Positions 1 to 13,671 of a DNA stretch of 64,000 nt are shown in pieces. Made by a program: the position numbers and the translations under genes. This stretch comes from Gnetum montanum. Taxonomy: Eukaryota > Plantae > Gnetophyta. The notes beneath the pieces were generated by a model that was not told where the DNA came from, searched no databases, and worked only from the letters and a program-made list of their open reading frames with translations. Where the stretch lies: positions 50,955 to 114,954 of the forward strand of contig MNCI01002922.1 in the NCBI GenBank assembly GCA_015680685.1, read 5' to 3'. The stretch's first letter is position 1, and each line of letters begins with the position of its first letter.

Positions 1-2807
1 CTTTGATCCAATTGGTGACGACATGTGTTAGCATGACCATATGCATTGAGTGCGGTGATTAGGTTGAAGGGGGTTCAAAAGTTTTGATTGATATTGAGGC
101 GTCTAAGGAATCAGCCGCTTGTGATTGCAATGACTTGGTTAGACTGTTGGTTCTAAAGAAAAGTCTTTTCTTCATGTGGTTGTTGGAACCAATAGTAGGT
201 TGAGAGTTAATAGCCCTTGTGGCATTATGTTGCTGCAGCTGGGTAGGGATTTTACCTTGCATCACGGGAGAAGGTGGTAGTGGAGCTATTGGTGGAAGAG
301 ATGCGGCCAGATGAGAAGGATGATATGCTTGTGGAATATCACCTCTAGAAGAGGGAGTCCCATAATACTCGTGGGCTTGGTAGTAAGGTTGAGGAGTGAT
401 GTGACCAGTAGAGTCATGTGGGGAGATTGGCTCTTGCACGTAATATCCATACGAGTCAAGTTACTTGTAAGGATACTGTTGCCTTGGTGGTGGCATTCCC
501 CATGATTGTGGGTGCTGCCACTGTTGATATTGCTCAATCGGTTGTGGTGGAGTTCCATTGGGATAATATGTTACCTTGAGGATAAGGTAACCTTCAAGGT
601 GTTTTCCTTTTGTTTAATCTTGGGTTGAGTGCATACACCCCAGACTCCTGCAAATGTGAGATTATAGGGCAACATCCCTTAGGATGGTCATATTGACATA
701 TCTCACATCCACTATCATTGTTTGCTTCCGAATTCACAACCTCTTCAATGATGGCAACTTTACCCTTATCCTTTCTACGTGCATGTTCAGCCTCTTTCTT
801 TTTTCTTTTCTCACTACCTCGCTCTCTAGACTCCTCTACTATTTTAAGAATAGCTTGAAATCTATTGTCTAGGGAATCCCACATTTGGTCTACCTTTTCC
901 AAAACTTATGATGTCATCTTTTGGATAGGAAAATTTTTCCTATTCATCATCTCTTTGAGTGGTGACTCTTCTTCATCCTCACAAAATCTTACTCCCCTCT
1001 TCCGAAGGGAAGGATCTCGGTTATACTCTTCCGCACTTTCTCTCTTCCATAGCTCAACTTCTTCCTTAGCAACTTGCTCCAATAGTCTTTGAATTTGATG
1101 GGACCTAAGCTTGGATAGTCTCCCTTGGGCATAGGTCCCAAGGGTTCTTCTCATTTCATGCCTAAGCTCATCCATGAGATGGCGTAGTTGATCCCATTGC
1201 GAATAACCATGGCCAAGAAAATGATGTAATAATGCATAGTATCGACCCATGGCAGCATCTAAGGGTTCATGTCCTCCTTGTTTTTAGCCTTGGATTTGCT
1301 TTCACAAGTTAGACACTTGGGAGTACATTTGGTACTTGTCATTAAATACTGCTAACATAGTACTCCACTTACAAATGGATTCCAGTTCTAAAGATGGGTA
1401 CCAGCTTTCTGCTTCTTTAACTAATGTCCATGGGAACAACTTAAGTTTTTTCCATTCATTCTCTATGTTCTGTAAGGCACACGCATCATGAAATGCTTGT
1501 AAATGATTCTGAGGATCAGCATTGTATCCCCCTTCAAATCATGGGATGTTATTCATATCTAATCTCTTGATCCTACTATCTTTCTAATGCCTTGTTGGAA
1601 TTCTAACAACCTCAGTTATGTCCAACATACTTCGAGTAGCGAGTAGGGGTTCATTGTGATCGTCTCATCCATGGCATTTATGATGCCTACGTTATTCCCT
1701 ACTCTCCATTCTTCTATGTCATGACTCTCTAAAGTGCCCTCGTCCCCTTTCCTTGCTATTTCGTCTATGACTTCCACTTTGCCTACCTTTATCCCCATGG
1801 TCTTTTTCTTTATGATCATGTTTAGATATTGAAGGAGAGGGTGAAGGACATGATGAAGGTGAAGAAGAAGGAGAATCGTCACCATGATGGTGTTTGCTAC
1901 CTTCTCTTTTGCTGTCTTGGCCCCGATCGCAATTGCGATCAAAATGTCCATCTTTATCATGAGTTTGTGTTCCTTTTTTGGACCCTTTATGTCCATGGGT
2001 ATTAGAACCTGGGTTATGAATAGTGAAATGAAGGTCTTGGTACACAACCCCTTGGCCAAAGTCAAAGGGAGGAACATCGTTGTGTGGGTGACTACCTGAG
2101 GTAGGTTCACCACCCTCATTTTCACTTAAGACATGTGGGGCATCCTGGGACCACTTACCCTTCAAAGACTTATGTTGTCTCTCCTGTTACAAGTCCCTTT
2201 GACATTGTGCTTTTGTGGGATGGTATTCTCTCGAGTCATGCTCTTGCACAACGTATTCTGCATGTAAGTGCGGCATGCCAATTCGTGTGAGAGCATGAAG
2301 AAGCATGCTTGGGACTGAACGATCGAGATGTAACACCATGTTACCTTCTAAGTCTCACCATGCTAATAACAGAAATGTAAAGTGCATAAAACAAAATAAA
2401 TGCATAAGAAAATAAAATAAAAGAAATGCGTAAGAAAACAATTCTCAAGTGATGCAAGGATGAATCAAAGAGCTAGTCTTTATTGCTATACACAAGGTGT
2501 ACTTAGGTACACAATGCTCGAATAAAGATCCGTCCACACTTAGACCTCTTACTGTGGGCACTTGGAAAATACTCTAACTTTCAAACAAACTACAAGAGTT
2601 TTGCTACTTGACTGCTAAAAGACTTCCTTCGAATTATGCGCTTGGGCACTATATTTATAGGCTTGGGAGCAACTACTCTAATAATTAAAGTAACTGCTCT
2701 AATAATTAGAATAAACTGCTAGAGCAACCACTCTAATAATTAGAATAAACCACTAGAGTAACTACTTTATTAATTAGAATAAACCACTAGAGTAACTGCT
2801 CTCGTCA
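1..2807 (-). mobile_element. Athila-like Ty3/gypsy LTR retrotransposon, partial (copy A1; continues off the left edge)
   Basis: Starts TGACGAGAGCAGTTACTCT at 2807 on -. 2361-2807 is the reverse complement of the LTR 5' half at 31952-32468. Degenerate gag lies downstream. Confidence 0.85.
59..1620 (-). pseudogene. gag: Degenerate retrotransposon gag with Pro/His-rich tail
   Basis: Fragments RYYALL..RRTLGTYAQGRL..VAKEE, CEICQYDHPK and KRLFFR align with the gag at 37428-38660; interrupted by stops and frameshifts. Confidence 0.8.
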
Positions 2808-5054
2808 CTTGTGTAGCTAGATGCACACTCTCTTTCGCTTAGCAAGTCTTCCCTCTTCTTGTACACACATGGTCATTAGTTTATTCATTGACCATTTGTC
2901 CTTATGTGTGTTATAAGAAATTTTAAAGGGTTCGTATTGTGGTGGGAGCGTATTTAAGATGTAGTGCACAAGGAAAAATTCTAACATCTCAACCTCAAGT
3001 GTTTTGAGTTGAGCCACTATATCCCTCATTTGCATGATGTGCATAGGCACACCACGAATTTTAGTGAGCTTCATGGATGGGAACTTCATTATCAATGTGC
3101 TGGCCAACGCCTTGTCTAATGACTCAAATTGTTCATCAATGGCCTTTAACAAAGCGCACACATTGTCATATTGTTCCAGTGAACCACACATACGAGCCAA
3201 GATCTTTGTTTTATAAACATGACACAGAGGCGATTAGATTGCTCCCATTTTTCATAATTACCAATATCATCCAGATAGCTTATTGCTGTAACAATAGGTG
3301 ATTCATCCTTATGGATAGCATAATCAATGTCCATCCAGCCTAAATGAAGAAGAATTTTCTCCTTCCACACCTTATAATTATCATCTTTTAATTCAGAAAT
3401 GTCACATTTAAAATTAGAATAGCTTACAAGTTGTATAACTACATACTCAAACATGCTTATGTCACTAAATTTGAGGTTAAAATATCATAAGACATGTTTA
3501 CCAATGTAAATCATAAAAAATATGAATCAAATGACATAAAATTATCTGCGGGCTAAATTTTAATTCAAACATATTCATATATCCTTACAATGAAACTATT
3601 AAATTATATTCTTTTTCCTAATCCTTGTGGGTAAATTAAGAAAAATAATTTAACATATCATCCTACTTAATCATATTAAATACAATAAAATATCCTATGG
3701 GATAAATTTTATCATATTACATATGATTAATCACAATTTTTAATGTTGTGTACCATATGTGATCCAAAAGCTCTTAGCACATAATTTTGCATAATTATAC
3801 AAAATTATATAGATCACTTGTTATAATTCATATGCAAAAAATGATGCATACATATACAAAAATATCCATAAAATTGATAAATTACCAAATTCAACATGGT
3901 ATAATTCATTCAATTATTCCAACCCTATAGGATGACATTAATTCATTGTTCAACATGAAAAAACACCAGAAATCATAATAACAATGATGAATGTTGAATA
4001 TGCAAGCTGGAATAGAAAAAGCGCATACATAATTCACAAAATCTAGCTATGCGCAAAGGGAATAAACATTTGTTAGCCTTAAGACCCATCAAGTTAAACC
4101 AAATCATGCTCAACCTTTAAAAACATTTACATAACAATAGGCTATTGCAGGCCAACGATGCAAACAACATATTGTCGTATGAAGAAAAATTGCAGACAAC
4201 ACAACTAGCTCTCCAAAACAACCAAAGAAAATATCCTCATTGCCATGGCAATAATGGTTTCTATTTTCTAGTTCTACGGTGCACAAGAATGCAACAAAAT
4301 GTGAGAGTAAAATCTCTTTCACCACGCAGAAACCAGAAGCAAGGAATCTTCCTCAAACTACAAAGTGCAAAAATATTTTTTTAAAATGCTATTTTTAGAT
4401 TGCACCATGGTCAAAAATTGCATCAAAATAGAGATCTAACAGTTTGATACCAAATGTTAGAAAATAATTGTGCAGAAAACTAGATGGCACAAGTAATCAA
4501 AGTACAAAATGCAAAAGCAAATGGCACAAGAAATTCACATGCATAAATAACTTAAAATGCACAATTCTTGAGCAAATGGAATTGACCTTCAGTCATTGAT
4601 GCCTTAGATTAAATTTGGCATTCTGATTCTTCTTTTACACGGGTGCTTTGCAATGATGGTGTATACAATCTTCAAGTGTGTGTGAAAGGGACCAAAATTA
4701 CAATCCTGCTGTGATTCGTGGTGCCTTTGTTCTCCCATCAAAAATGAGTTTATAGGCCATGGAATCGATTACCATAAGAGACCTAATGCTAATGCCTAAA
4801 AAAACATGTTATTGGATATGAAGACCACCTTGATGTGTTAACCAACTAATAAAAACACGTTAATGGGTATAGTGGCCACTTTTATACATTAACTAACCCA
4901 TAAAAACACGTTAGTGGACATGGTGGCCACTTTCATATATTAACTAACCCATAAAACATGTTAGTGGACATGTTGGCCACTTTCATGCATTAACTAATGC
5001 ATAAAGCACGTCAGTGGGTGACGCATGTTACACGATGGACTAAGCAACCAAACA
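2808..5054 (-). mobile_element. Ty1/copia element 5' part (LTR about 4455-5054, Met-type PBS, UBN2-type gag), cut by the A1 insertion
   Basis: Gag peptides NYKVWKEKILLHLGWMDIDYAI and KISYNTHKDKWSMNKLMTMCVQEEGRL (2817-3454); TGGTATCA PBS next to the ...CTAACA LTR end at 4455. Confidence 0.85.
4800..5020. repeat. About 52-bp tandem repeat (about 4 copies) inside the Copia LTR
   Basis: Recurring ttaactaacccataaaa-cacgttagtggacatggtggccacttt units. Confidence 0.75.
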
Positions 5055-5519
5055 TTTGTTGGTAGTGGCCGTCCTAGTGTTACAGGAGAAATATGGCAAT
5101 TCAAGCATACGAACCCAAATCTCAACTAATGTGCAAGCAAACACGATAAAAATAAAATTAAGTGGAAAGCCAAAAAGAATATTTGTGATGAGTATTAGCC
5201 AAATTCCAAAGCTCATTCCAAAATATTTGGAACCTTCCGACCCTCCCCAAAATTAAACAGTTCCTTTGGTGTCTCCTCCACCATGGTCTACTTATTGGTA
5301 AACTGTTAGAATATCTAGGAATTCCCAATCCCAATTACCCTCTCTGTGGTGGACAAGATGACTTTGTCCATGTGTTTTGGCATTGTCCCTTTGCTAAGCA
5401 TGTGTGGGAGTGGGCTTCCATAGTTTTTCTTTCATACAAGCTATCTCAAGAGGATGCCATATTCGGCTTTTCAAACGTTACTACTATTTTATATTATATT
5501 TGGGGGGGGGGGGGGTCCG

Positions 5520-5990
5520 ACCCCAAAAAATAAATTTAATTAATAGAGAAAAAAGAAAATAGTACAAAGGGGATAAAAGAGAGGGTCAAAAAAGATGAAG
5601 AGGTCTCAAAGAAGGAGACACTAACAGCCAAAGGGGAAAAGCTCACCTCAAAAGAGGAGAAACTACAAGAAATTAGGAAAAACGGGAGAGAAAAAGTTCA
5701 AGAGCTCAACTGCAGCATTAGTTGTTGAACAATGTCTCCTTGAATAGACAAGGAGAGAATATTAGTAGGAGAATCACGTTGAAAAACCATAGTACAACGA
5801 AATTTCCAGATAGCATGGAGAATAAGGGGACGAAGGCGACACCAGATATAAATCAAAGAGCCTTGAAGATGCGGAGTGTCACCATAAAGAACCTCATCCA
5901 AGCTTGGTCGAAAACCCTGTAAAAACTGCCACACCAAATCCAAGAGCTATGAGCAAGGGGACAAGAAAAAAAACAGAGTAAATGCATCTT
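5520..5990 (-). mobile_element. L1-type LINE 3' fragment (zf-RVT/C-terminal region)
   Basis: LFFSCPLA..W and AIWKFRCTMVFQ resemble the L1 ORF2 HLFFxCxxA and WxIWKxRNxxVF motifs. Confidence 0.6.
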
Positions 5991-5994
5991 CCTT

Positions 5995-6400
5995 GTGACA
6001 AATATGTTATATTATATTTGGAAGCGAAGATGCAATGTTATATTTCAAAGGACAAATTATTCTAATAAATGTTTGCTCACCAGGTTGGAGAAGTCGCAGA
6101 TCTTTCGCCTCATTCATTTCCAACTCACATCTCAAGCATCCAAGTTCAATTTGGATAGACATCAGTTGGTTCATCTTTTGCAGTTGTGCGGAAAACTTGT
6201 GCATTCCAGTAGCACTCATCATCAGTAATCTTTGCAAGGAAGCTTTCCCTTTCTGTTGTGAGTCACCATTGGAACTCTCTTTATCCTTAATTGAAAGTTT
6301 TTTTTCCTTATCTAATTCTATGTCATTCTATTTTGTAACGAGTCAACATGGGTGGACTTTTGGTGGTGCCCCAATTTGGGTTTCCTCCTTTAATACTCAT
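5995..6400 (+). mobile_element. Second L1-like 3' fragment in the opposite orientation
   Basis: YYIWKRRCNVIFQ motif at about 6010-6050; boundaries uncertain. Confidence 0.4.
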
Positions 6401-8159
6401 TTATTTATAAGGTTGTCCCCGAGTTTCATGCATAGTGCTCTCAGCTTCCCTTTCCCCTTAACCCTATGACTTGTTCAGGTTATTGTGACTTGTTCAGGTT
6501 GGTATCAATAGAACTTCTTTTCTGGGTCGGACAACCCCGCCCCCCCCCCCAAATTCCAAAGCCCATTCACGTTCACCAATTTAAAAAGAATTGGTTAAAA
6601 TATAACGTGGCAAATTGCAACTTGCAACTCAACGAAATTTAGCTTGGTATACTTTACCTTGTCACCCTACCTTAACGTGGCTTTGAAATACGGAAATTGT
6701 ACCCTGGAACGTAGCAAAAAAGCAAATGAAATTGACCCATTTTTTTTTATTTTCGTTTGAAACTAGAGCATTGCACTTTCAATCCCTAGTCGTTTGATTG
6801 CAAATTAAGATTTCTTGAATGGATGTCAATTTCTTTGCTGACCGGAGGAGATTGTAACATTTTTCTAAGACTGAAAACAGATTCTAACCAGTAATGGTTT
6901 TTTTCCCCCCCTTAAATATTCCAACCAGCAATGTTAGAATACACTTCCAGAAGCAGGTTAAGATCGAGTTTTCAAAATTTTTAGGAAACGTCAGAAAAGC
7001 TATGAAACAGGCAGACCAGAACAGACACGATCAAAATCTTCAGAAATTAAACGGGAAATCAAAGCCATGAAGCAATCAGCCGAACGGCGACGATGAAACT
7101 GTTTCGAGATTAAAATGGAGACCATAAAACCAGGAAGAGCCGACACGATCGAAAATTTTCCGAAATCAGAAAAAGGCATCATCACGTGTTAAGGTACTGG
7201 TCCTACCTATGTAATGATATTTCTCTGCGTTTTCGGTCCGTACACAGCGGAAAAATCAAAATATCGAGAAAATCGTATGAGTTTACAGCGCAACTTTCGT
7301 TGACAAGCCCAGTCTGGTGTTGTCATCTGTCAATCTGCCATTGGTTCGGATGATCAGCGATAAAATTACCGTTACTTCACGAACACAGCCATTCCATGTT
7401 TCCGGCATCGGCCATCATTATTTGCAGGCCCTGGTTCAAACAAATGAGATCCAGGCAGGCCCCAGCCAGAGAGTTTTCTGTGAAGTACAAGGTAAGCTTT
7501 TTAGCGATGGTATCAGAGTGCAGTTCAAGCCACGTTCCCGAGGTAAGGAAGTAACCCTGGTTCAGTTAACGTAACAGAAAAACCACGCTGCTGTAGGTAA
7601 AAACAAATCCGAATGGCAGCAGCTCAGGTCAGTCACTGGCATTTTGACTGAACCAGGCCACGCCGTTGAAAATTAACGTGAGCTGCTGCGTGCGTTTTGT
7701 TGTTGTTGTTGTTGTTGTGTGTTCTGGCCCCTTACAGTAGGAGGTGCTGAAGTAGAGCAAAACGCAGCATCATCTTCTGCCGTTTGAATATGATTAATCA
7801 GAGCTTCTTGTGTCAGTTTCGGTTTGTGTTGTGTGCTTTCGCTTGATTCGTGTTTTTTGTTCTGTCGGAGAAGGATTTCTTTCCTTTGGCGCAGGGCTTT
7901 CTGTTCCTTGCGGTTTTTGTCCGTTTGTTGCAGACGGTGCGCGAGCTGAAACGTGAAGGTATTATTATGAAAGCTTTGCGCTCGTTTGTGGAAGGATGAG
8001 TGGCATTTAGGATGTTGCTGTTTGAGTTTTGGCCGAGGAAATGGTGTAAATCTGGTTTACTGGCTTCGGTTGCACTTTCTCTGATGTTTGCTTTTGGAAA
8101 ACGCATGCTTTCTGCTGAGTTCGTTTCTGTGTTTCCTCTCCTGCAGGTTTTGATGCGCT

Positions 8160-11100
8160 ATGGAGGGAGAGAAACGGGCTCGCGTTTCAATTTCCAGAGA
8201 GAATGCTCGTCTTAGCTTGATCACTGGCCAGGAATCATCACCTTCGCGTGACCAGGTATGCCAATGCGAAAACATTGGTGAAATTAGCAGAAAGATTATT
8301 CTACTGTTTATGCTTTTGGCATTTGATGTCAGGTCGACAAATTGTTTAAAATGCGGTTTCCTAAGCTGTTTCATTTTTAAGTTTTCTTTTTTTCTTTTTT
8401 CTTTTTGGATTGAGTTCTGGTGCTGTTTCTTTTTATAACATCCAACATTCTTACTGAAACTAAATGAACTTTTGTTATGGCATGAAGTCAGCTAGTACTT
8501 TACTAAAAAAATGTGCTAGCCATATGTTTTTTATTCATCTGTACAGCCAACTAAAAATGAGGGAATAGTAACTGGAGTGCGGCTCCGTTTTTGAAATAAA
8601 ATTGTCAATATGACATATGGGAACAATTGTATGGCAGGGTAAACTTCTAGCAAGAACAACATGGGTATAGAAACAAATTGTATAGCATACTTGTAAGTCG
8701 ATTGGATTTTAAGATTCTATGTCTGAAAGAGAGAGATGCGAGTTGTTTCCATGAACCATCTTATAAATCAAAATCTGAGCATATCACAAATCAAAATCCT
8801 AACGTATTTAAAGGCCTTTCTGCTTCGTAAGCGAATAAATAAATAAAGACGACCTGATACATTAGAGAATTATGGTAAAAAAAATTTTAAAAGTTTTAAC
8901 TGATAGAAGTCTTCATTAGCATTTTCATATTTTATGTGTGATCCCTGTGTTTTATTTTGGAATACATTTCCTACCTGTGGAACGCTTTCAATCAAGAAAT
9001 AGTTAGTTGAGAAAGCCTTTGTTAACAAACTCTGCAGATCTCAGCCTGACTTTCTAAGGATGAACCCTTTTATTGATGATGACTTTGAATAAATGCTTGC
9101 AGCGAATAATTCTAAGGCTCTCATTATTACTTCATAGTTGAACCAAGCAAGTTTTCTTTGGCTATTGCCTCGCATGGCCACATATAATATTTCCATGGCA
9201 GCATTGGCAATGATAAAAGAACCTTCTGAACATACCTAATTTTTTTTAATTTAAAAATAAAATCTAGGAAGCCTTATGGTAATCTACTAATCATATTGAA
9301 CGCCGAATCTATATATACACAATATCCACTTTTACTTCAAGTGCTGTACGCTTCTGCTATTCATTGCTTCACTGGGAGTTTTGAATAGTCTGTTATTTAG
9401 ATTTAGTCACTCCTATAATTAGCATATCATGTTGGGTTTAAGAATTAACAAAAAATTAATGTTGGTCATCTTTAATGGTCCTTAACTGATGGTAGGATGT
9501 GTGCCAGATTCATTTTCGTTTTGTTTGTGATATTTCATAATTAAATACTTAAATGGTAGTCTCCAACATTTTTAATTAGCTGATCCAAAACAATTTATAT
9601 ATTATATTTATATACATTTCCCAAACAGGGCATTTTAAAAGTTTCTGCATGGTATGATAAACTCCCAGACGAGGCAGCCATGGCATGGCATCAATCAGAG
9701 GAGAAATTAAAAAGTTTGAATGAGAAACTCTCACAAGCTCTTCTGGACAACACAGTAAAAGACAATTTGGTCAAACAACATGTTAAAGTTGCAGAAGAAG
9801 CTGTTGCTGGTATCTCTATTTTTCAGCATTATTTTTAACTATAGTCCCTAGAAGGTGTGGCCAATATGAGTTTTACTCAGATATTGCAATGTTATAGTTC
9901 ATAATGAATGCAAATGCAAGTTATTAGGTTGCTTAAATAACTACTATATTTTGTTTGACATGATGCTACCGATCTTACATATTTTCCAGGGTGGGAAAAG
10001 TCTGAAACAGAAGCTATAGCTTTAAAAATGGAAAATGATAACCTAGCTCAGCAAAAACTTGTTCTTGAGGATAAAGTTTCTGAGTTAGATGAGGCTCTTA
10101 AGGATTGCATGAGGCAACTTCAACAGGTGAAAAAGGAGCAAGGAAAGAATATCAGTGAACCTTCAAAAGTGATGAACTGTGATCATGAAGTTAAAAGCAA
10201 ATTAGGAGGTGAGAAACAGCTTATAACAGATAGGCTGGAACTGGTCGAGAGTGAAAATGCTGCTCTCAAAGAGAAGATTAGCTCTCTTAGCAAGGAAATG
10301 GATGTGCTTGTAGAAGAAAATGGGCAAAGCAAGAAATCTTTATCAGTGTACAATAGGCAAACTGCAGAAATGGTTAAGAAAAATGCTAAATTAGAAGCTG
10401 AATGTCAGAAACTGCGAGGTCAACAACGTAAAAGAGCATCAGGATCTGCTGCACTGAGACAAGAAAAAGAGGCTGCATGGTCTGAAGATGGCAAGCTCAG
10501 GAAATCGTTTGGTAAAGTCTCTTTCCCAATTTCAGACTTCTCCAGTGACAACATACAGAGAGAATATGAAATTCTTAAACGTCATCTTTCAACAATGGAA
10601 GAAGAAAATAATTCGTTGAAAGACAGACTGCTAAAGCAGGATAACGAACTTCAGGCTTCTAGAGCTACATGTGCAAAAACAGCTGCTAAGCTATCTTCTG
10701 TCGAAGAGCAATTAAAACTTTTGAAAGTCAGAACACTTGAACCTAACACTGATTTGCTTCTAACTGTGCCAAAAGGTGGGAATGCAAGCATAGGAGCAAG
10801 TTTGACCTCAATTTCTGAAAATGGTCATGATGATGATCCTGAATCATGGGCCTCAGCACTTATTGCAGAATTGGATCAATTTACAAGAGAAAAGGTCGGT
10901 GGAAAATTTGAAAGGCTAAGTGATATACCAAAAGTGGACTTAATGGATGATTTCCTTGAAATGGAAAAATTGGCTTCCCTGCCTTCACCCACAAAGGATG
11001 AAGAAAAAGTGAAAAAATTTGATGGCTTACCTGTAAAGCACTATCCTGATTTAACTTTCGAGAAAGCTAGAGCTTCATTTGAAGATGCTTTGATGCAAAA

Positions 11101-13489
11101 AGAACAAGAATTAGAAGCAGCAAATCAGAACTGTTCTGCATTATCTGCAAAACTGGTGTCTCTAAATGAGGCTTTGATGCAAAAAGAACAGGAACTTGAA
11201 GCAGCAAATCAAACTTGTTCTGCTTTATCGGAAAAACTGTTGTCTTTAAATGAGGTTTTGATTCAAAAAGAACAGGAACTAGAATCAGCAAATCAGAACT
11301 CCTCTACTTCATCTGCAAAGCTGTTGTCTTTAAATGAGGCTTTGATACAAAAAGAGCACGAACTAGAAGCAGCAAGTCAGAACTGTTCTGATTCATCTAC
11401 AAAACTGCTGTCTTTAAATGAGGCTTTGTTGCAAAAAGAACAGGAAATTGAAGCAGCAAGTCAGAGTTGTTCAGCGTTATCAGCAAAACTGTCGTCTTTA
11501 AATGAGGCCATGGAGGAATTGAGAGTCCAAAGTTCCTGGAGTGAAACTGCCTTAGTGAGTCTTCAAGAGAAACTGGATGCAATACTCGAGGCTGAAGCAA
11601 AAGGTGAAGACATACATAGAGTTTTGGATGATATAAGAAGTGCTATAGCAGTTCTTGAAGAAAATTTTCAGGATTCCTCATTTTGCCTTAATCCTTCTTC
11701 AAGGATGGATTCAAGTATTTTGATTTCCGGAAACGGAGCTAGCACACTTAATGGAGAGTTAGCCATAGCAATTTCCAGTGTTGTTAACTTTCTACGTTAT
11801 GCATTTCAGCAATCGAAGGATAACAAACTAACAGATTCAAAAATGGAAAATAATCTAAATGTTAAAATTGCAGATTTTGCAGGGCTACTGGAACTTGCTC
11901 TAATTGGAAAAACAAGTGCTTTAGATTTAATTCCTAAGCTAACATCAATTCTTTCTATATTTGAGTCATACTTTTTTAATGGTTTTTCCATAGAAACAGA
12001 AAACAGAATCAAGGATGCTGAAAGAAAGAAGCTTACTGAGTATGGTTTCCCTGATGATAAAATCAGTCCTATCTGTAAGAAGAATAGTGTCAATTTCCAT
12101 TTGATTTGTAAGCTCAACACCATTCAAATTGAAAAGGGAGCTTTGGAATCTGAAGTGAAAACCCAGGTTGAGAATAATTTTAAGTTAGAGGAGGATCTTA
12201 TCAATTTGAGGACACACAACACTGTTCTGGAAAGCGTTCTAGCTGCATCAGACAATGAACTGAAAAATGTACAAAACAAACTTGAGGAGTCAAACCAGAT
12301 GGTGAAAAGCCTAGAAGAGAGCCTTGCTTCTCTTGAGGAGCAAAAGGATTCAGCATATAGTAAACTAGAGTCCTTGAGTTTGCTTAAATCTGACACCGAG
12401 TCTCAGCTTAAGGAAGCTGAAATGGAAGTTAAAAGTCTTTGCGAAGATTTGAACGCTGTGAAATTACAGCTTCAAAATGAACAAATGCTTACTCAAAATG
12501 CCCACTCGAAGTGTAGGCTTCTGGAGGAGCAATTACAAAGGTAACTCTGATAGTTTTTAACTTCTTATTCGTTGCATCGTTTGTTTTGTTATGGGGTATA
12601 CCTGGAAATTATCTTATGTAAATCTAGAGTACTTTTCTGTTCTATCTCCATGTAATTGTATTTCTTTTTCACATCCACGCCAGAAAAGAGGAAGGATCTG
12701 GCTATTCCAAGCAGTTGGTTCTTGAGGAAGAAATACGTAACAGACAGGTAATTTTGGGAAACGCTTCAATTTGGAAAGGAGATTACATTCAGTTTGTAAC
12801 ATTTACTATCACCATGTAAACATTTTGAAGTGGCTAATGGACTATTTTGTTCCATTTTAGATTTATTTTGTTAAACATGTTTTCCCGGCAAAATAATTTC
12901 AAGAGTTTATCTGCAGGAAATGGACATCGCTCTTGCTGCAAGTAAGCTTTCAGAGTGCCAGGAAACAATATTGTCCCTCAGCAAGCAACTTGAGGCTCTT
13001 GCATGCCCAGCGGATGGTCCTTTGCAGTTTTCCTTACGTGAAGAAAAGGTTATAAACATTTTTCTATTTTTTCACTCCTTTTTAGTTGAGAAAAAAAAAT
13101 ACGAACTTCTGGACAGTAATCCTCAATTAGTTACCCAGCGATCAAGGGAATATTTAAAGAAATTCTAACATATTGCATGACAGGGAAGTGAAAAGAGTGA
13201 AGACTATGAACTGGATTCTCCTTTGAGCCCTAATGACCGGAATGCTTCATGGGAATTCCAAAGCGAATATTACAGTATAAAGAGCAACAAGAACGTCGTT
13301 CAAGGTGTAAATGTGTCTGATCTGACTGCTTCTGATATATACAAAACCAATCAACCAGATTCCCTAACAACCGATTATATGGACGGCCAGTTTGCAGTTC
13401 TCAATTCTGACACAGAGGAAAGTTCACCAACAGGGTCCGCTTCTGAGTCCATGTATGAGAAAAATGGTTCTTCCATTTTTCACAAGTGA
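8160..13489 (+). CDS. FPP: Filament-like plant protein (FPP/DUF869 coiled-coil), about 1109 aa; join(8160..8255,9629..9809,9990..12540,12684..12747,12917..13048,13184..13489)
   Basis: All introns are GT-AG with consistent phases. Family motifs: KQHVKVAEEAVAGWEKSE, KLEAECQKLR, SWASALIAELDQF, LMDDFLEMEKLA and AASKLSECQETILSLSKQLEAL. The first exon is the least certain. Confidence 0.92.
11081..11509 (+). repeat. Exonic 84-bp (28-aa) tandem repeat x5 in FPP
   Basis: EALMQKEQELEAANQxCSALSAKLxSLN units start at 11081, 11165, 11249, 11333 and 11417. Confidence 0.95.
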
Positions 13490-13671
13490 GCATGCAATCT
13501 CAAGGCCTCAGAAACAGTTCGGGATTCTGTCATTTGCTCATCTTACCTGCCAGAATGTCTGGCCTCTTTCCAAAGCAAATTCACCACCTCTGACAACAAA
13601 TTTCCTCTCAAATATGCAAGCTTTTGATGATACAAAAATTTCCTATGAAATATGTTGGGACATTATGCTTT

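Noticed and set aside
11067-12396. Antisense ORFs within the large FPP exon
   Set aside because: Shadow frames of the coiled-coil coding strand.
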